This document shows, piece after piece, positions 59,838-64,000 of a stretch of 64,000 nucleotides of DNA (position 1 is its first letter; every line of letters starts with the position of its first letter). The stretch covers positions 5,326,010 to 5,390,009 of the forward strand of contig CM119263.1 in the NCBI GenBank assembly GCA_051294375.1. The letters run 5' to 3'. Both the position numbers and the translations under genes were made by a program. The stretch comes from Paraspadella gotoi (taxonomy: Eukaryota > Animalia > Chaetognatha). The notes under the pieces were generated by a model. It was not told the origin of the DNA. It was given only the letters and a program-made list of their open reading frames with translations, and made no database searches.

Positions 59838-61364
59838 GAGAGAGAGGGAGAGACGAGAGAAGAGAGAGAGAAGAGAGAGAGGAGAGAGAGAGAGAGACAG
59901 TGATACACAGCAGAGAGAGCATCCCAACACAGCGGTATTGGCACAATCTCAGTTCTTGTATCCAAGTCTTCAGTCCGATTCTCGATCGAATTTTTTCTTT
60001 TCTGGTCCAAAATCAGTTTTTTTTTTCGTTTCGTCGCGAATCTTCTGTTCTTTTCGCCGTCGTCGCGTCGTCGTCCTCCTCGTCGTCGTTCGTCGTTCCC
60101 CGTTCGTCATCGTCGTCGTTCGCCGTCGTCATTCGTCGTCGTCGGCAGCGCAAACTCTTCAACCATTAATCTTTCTGACTGACGTCGGTCCTGATTACCT
60201 CTGCGCCTCTTTTCTCTCCCTTCTCTCTCCCTTCCCTTCTCTTCTTCACTAAATCAGAACCAGGCAGGGCCAAAAAAAGATGAGAAGCGATGAGAGTAGG
60301 GGGGGCGTTATATCCGCGGCAAGGGGCGGCGAGGGGGGGGGAGGGTGAGTTTGAAGAGAGAGAGCAGATGTTTGACGGACGAGAGAATGCTTACATTCTT
60401 CAAGCCCAGAGAATTTTAGGCCAGTGTATAGACGCGCCTTTAAGCCCCTTGACCACTCCCTACTCCCTAGAGTTGACTTCGTCAACTATGGACCTTCCTC
60501 ATGCGGTAACACTTCCTATTTTAGATATTTATATTTAGATTAATAGCTATTCTATAGCTATTCACAGAGTTTTCACTCATTTGTAGATGCATTAATTCTA
60601 AAACTGTTTTTTTAGATTCACTTTTCTTTTGTTTGCATTGACTTTTCCCAAACTCGCTTTCCACCCACCCAGCGCTACCCTCTTTCCCATCTCTTTTCCC
60701 ATCTCTCCCCATCTCTTCTCCTATCCTTTCCCTCATCTCCTCCCCAATCTCTTCTCTCATTCTACTTCCCCCATGTCTTTCCCAATCTCTTCTCCATCTT
60801 TTCACCCATCTCCTCCGGCATCTCTCCCCCTTCTCCTCAATCTCTTCCCCCTCTTTTCCCCATCTCTTCACCCATTTCTTCCACCATCTCTTCCTCATCA
60901 CTTCCCCCTTTCTCTTCCCAATCTCCGCCTGTCTCCCCCCCCTGGAGAGTGACCGTTAAAGGACGGTAGAAGAGAAGAAGAGGAGAAGGAGGAGGAGGAG
61001 GAGGAGAGAAAAGAGGCGATGAGCGGAATGTCTTGATGGAGGATAAACAAAATCGGTTGGGTTGAGAGAAGACGGAGAGAGTGGGAGTGGGGAGGGGAGG
61101 AAGAGTGCAGGAGAGAGAGAGATGAGAGAGAGAGAAGAGGAGATAGAGAGAGAGGCTTTGTGTGTACGGCGATCTTCTAACATAAACTTATGTTAACTTT
61201 CCTTTGGGTTTTTGAATTTCTTTGTTCTTTGGGCTTCCATCGCTTACGTATTGCTAAACTTTATGGTCGGTCTGTCCATATTTTTTAATTTTTTTTTCAA
61301 GGCCATGACCGGCGAAAGCCGTTCAGGCTTGATATTGATCGGGTTGAGCTTCTTTTGTGACGTA

Positions 61365-61389
61365 GTCGTCTGTCGTCGTCGTCTCGTCG

Positions 61390-61427
<38 letters not shown>

Positions 61428-61612
61428 GTCGGCGTCGTCGTCGTCCTGTCGTCGTCGTCGTCGTCGCGTCGTCTCTGTCGTCGTCGGTTCGTGTCGTCGT
61501 CGTCGTCGTCGTCGTCGTCGTTTCGTCGTCGTCGTCGTCGTCGTCGTCTCGTCGTCGTCGTTCGTCGTCGTCGTCGTCGTCAGTCGTCTCGTCTGTCGTC
61601 GTCGTGTCCGTC
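61365..61612. repeat. (CGT)n trinucleotide microsatellite
   Basis: About 250 bp of imperfect CGT/GTC repeats. Accounts for the poly-R/S/V/D/T ORFs here. Confidence 0.95.
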
Positions 61613-62755
61613 ACGCTGTTTTTCTATATAAAAACTACTACGCTGTTATAGGTTTGGCTGATGACTTTACCGTTTTTTTTGTAAATAAAAATTATTATGA
61701 TTATGAAATAAAGTTTACAAAATGTGCATTCATGTAAGTTAAAAATTAGATATTGGCTACTCATCTTGAAATAGCTTGATATTTTCTTATTACATTTGGA
61801 TTTTAAGTATTTTTTGTTTGAATTTCCACTTCATCTATGATTTACTGCAATATGCAAATGAGATATAGTACTCATTGTCACATCCAAATTAGTATAGTAG
61901 AAATGCTTTAATCTAATTTACATATTGCGTATAATAATATTGAAGATGAAATCAAAAATTTTTTTTTAATCTTCTATAAAGAAATGGAACTCAAAATAAC
62001 CCTTTTTAATGAGAAGCAGATCTTAATTTTAATACAAATAAAAATAAAATTCTTTTACAAGCTGCGATTGCGAAAAATTGGAAAAATTTCCAATGCTAAA
62101 CCATTGTAACTTTTTTGCCTTTCTTTTATTTATTTTATTTCTTTTAGTCTTTTATTCAGAAAAAAACGAGTTCAGTATCTGCACTACTGTACAGCTGGCC
62201 TGGCCAAGCAAGCTGTCCAGCTTTGTCTCTCTTTCTCTTCTCTTTCTCTCTTTCCTGTCTCCTTTCTCTCTTTACGATCTCTTGCTGATCGTTCTTTTTT
62301 GAAAAATTATGATTATGTTTTTTCTTTCTCTCTTTCACTCATCACGTATTTGTTTGTTTTATTTACGATGAAATGATTCATCGCGTCAATGAATGACTAT
62401 CATCGCAATCAATGAATGACTATCATCATGGCTTGATCCTTTATGCTTTTAAGATTTTTTTTAATTAGTCTTAATTCTGTATTTGTACGTTACATTATTA
62501 TATATTCGTTTGAATTTAAGAAATAAAAGTTAGCAATAAAAAATTAATAAAAAAATATATACCTTATAAAGTTTAAAATGTGTTATTACTTATAAATTAA
62601 ATATAAAGTTCACGAATATTACACGAATATACTCGTATTTACATGTACTTTAAAGCTCCATTATCCACTCTTTATTGTTTCCTTCTCTTCTTTCTCTCTT
62701 TATTCGATCTTGCTCTCTCCCTCTCTCCTCTTCTCTCTCTCTCTCTTCTCTCTCT

Positions 62756-62787
<32 letters not shown>

Positions 62788-64000
62788 ACTCTCTCTCTCT
62801 CTCTCTTTGTTCATCTTTTTTTTGCCGTGAGCATTGTAACGGAAATTTCCGTTCCTTGCTTTTGTTCCGTTGTCTTGTGCTCTTTGCAGCAATATCGATT
62901 CCCTATTTAAATAATCAGTTGTGTTTTCCTTAATTTTTTTTTTCCAAAGTTTATACTGATGTTATAAATTAATCATTTAGGAATGTAAACTGTATCACAA
63001 TGGGATAATTGCCATTTAAATAATATTAAAATTTAATATAAATTAACACTAGATTTTTTTAAAAATCCATCCGTTACCGGTGGTGAGGCTGAGCCACGCC
63101 CCTCGGCATTGTGCTCTTCTCTCTCTCGTTCTTCTTCACGAACGTTTATCGATTTAGACAATCCTCTCGCTTTCTCTCTCTCTCTCTCTCTCTCCTTCTC
63201 TCGCTCTCTCTCTCTCTTCTCTCTCTCTCTCACTATGTAGCCCAAACCCGTTTCCTATCTTAATACAATTCAATTCAATTCTCTTTTTCTCTCTCTCTCT
63301 CACATTCTCTCCTACATTCTCTCTTTTTTTTACCTTTCTTCGATTTTTCTGTCTGGGATAATTTGTTTAGTTTTTTTTAAATTAATTAATGGAAGAAAAA
63401 TCGTTAACCTCACGTCGATAGATCGAGACGCCAGTTGCGCGTGAAAAAAAAAGAAAATGAAGTTTATAAATGTGAGATATACTAGATTTAAACGTGAGAT
63501 GTGAAATATAGATTTAAAACTCTGTGTGATTTTGAATTTGAATATGAATGGGATTTGAAATGTGAACGCGAGTTGTAAAAGCGAATGTGAAACGCAGGTT
63601 TTTTTTTCATTCGTGAACGAATTTTCACTCATTCGTCTCTGCCAATTTTGATGCTTCAAAACAAACAACAACATTTCTCTTCTCACATCAGAATTCATCA
63701 CAACATCATTGATTATCGTCATCATCATTAGCATCGTCATCATCGTCATCATCACTATTCCATTATTTATATTTTTGTCATTTTATACTTTTCAATTCCT
63801 TCTGTCATCTCGTTTCTCTCCTCTATATTTCATTTAATTAAATTTGATTTGAATTAAATTTATTTTCATTCATTTTTCATTTTATATCATTTCCTCAATA
63901 TCCCAGCTCGCTTTTAACTTTTAACTTTTCCTTCTCCCCTGATCTTCCCATCATCCCCCCCACTATAAGAGCTTATTAGGGTGGATGACGGAAAATATCA

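Larger units (their letters stand above)
49119..63180 (+). repeat. Large direct duplication, copy B (ungapped, indel-rich); probable long-read gap-fill artefact
   Basis: Begins immediately after a 25-N gap (49094-49118). Supplies sequence across the N gaps of copy A and differs from A mostly by homopolymer indels. Confidence 0.92.

Noticed and set aside
32427-63180. Genuine recent segmental duplication
   Set aside because: Junctions at fixed 25-N gaps and indel-dominated divergence favour an assembly artefact. Kept as a finding only for that reason.
28400-64000. Numerous 60-430 aa ORFs (poly-ER/LS/FS, poly-X)
   Set aside because: They are translations of GA/TC, CGT and poly-T tracts or of N gaps. 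They show no domains, and frames are not preserved between the duplicate copies.

Overview
Eukaryotic (invertebrate animal) genomic DNA with AT-rich introns and GC-rich exons. The first 28 kb hold six co-oriented minus-strand genes. In transcription order they are a 17-exon latrophilin (adhesion GPCR), an intronless TM2D3/almondex, a 6-exon membrane-anchored carboxylesterase-fold protein lacking all three catalytic residues, a 9-exon GH31 neutral alpha-glucosidase without a signal peptide, an intronless 3-finger C2H2 protein and an intronless RGG/acidic disordered protein. Exon chains were read by eye from GT-AG sites, and each sums to an intact reading frame. The TM2D3 stop lies only 142 bp from the next ATG, which suggests an operon. 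Small repeats include two tRNA-derived SINE-like heads, two ~590-bp foldback MITEs and several mini- and microsatellites. From 28.3 to 64 kb I find no credible coding sequence; the region is GA/TC-microsatellite-rich. About half of it is redundant: 49119-63180 repeats 32427-49093, and 42156-45189 repeats 38837-42130. Each junction sits on an exactly 25-N gap and the copies differ mainly by homopolymer indels, so these are most likely long-read gap-filling artefacts. The best leads for new biology, all unverified, are a small zinc-finger protein with CTCF-like cohesin/PDS5-binding motifs, an operon-like latrophilin/TM2D3/neuroligin-like cluster and an apparently cytosolic glucosidase II paralogue.
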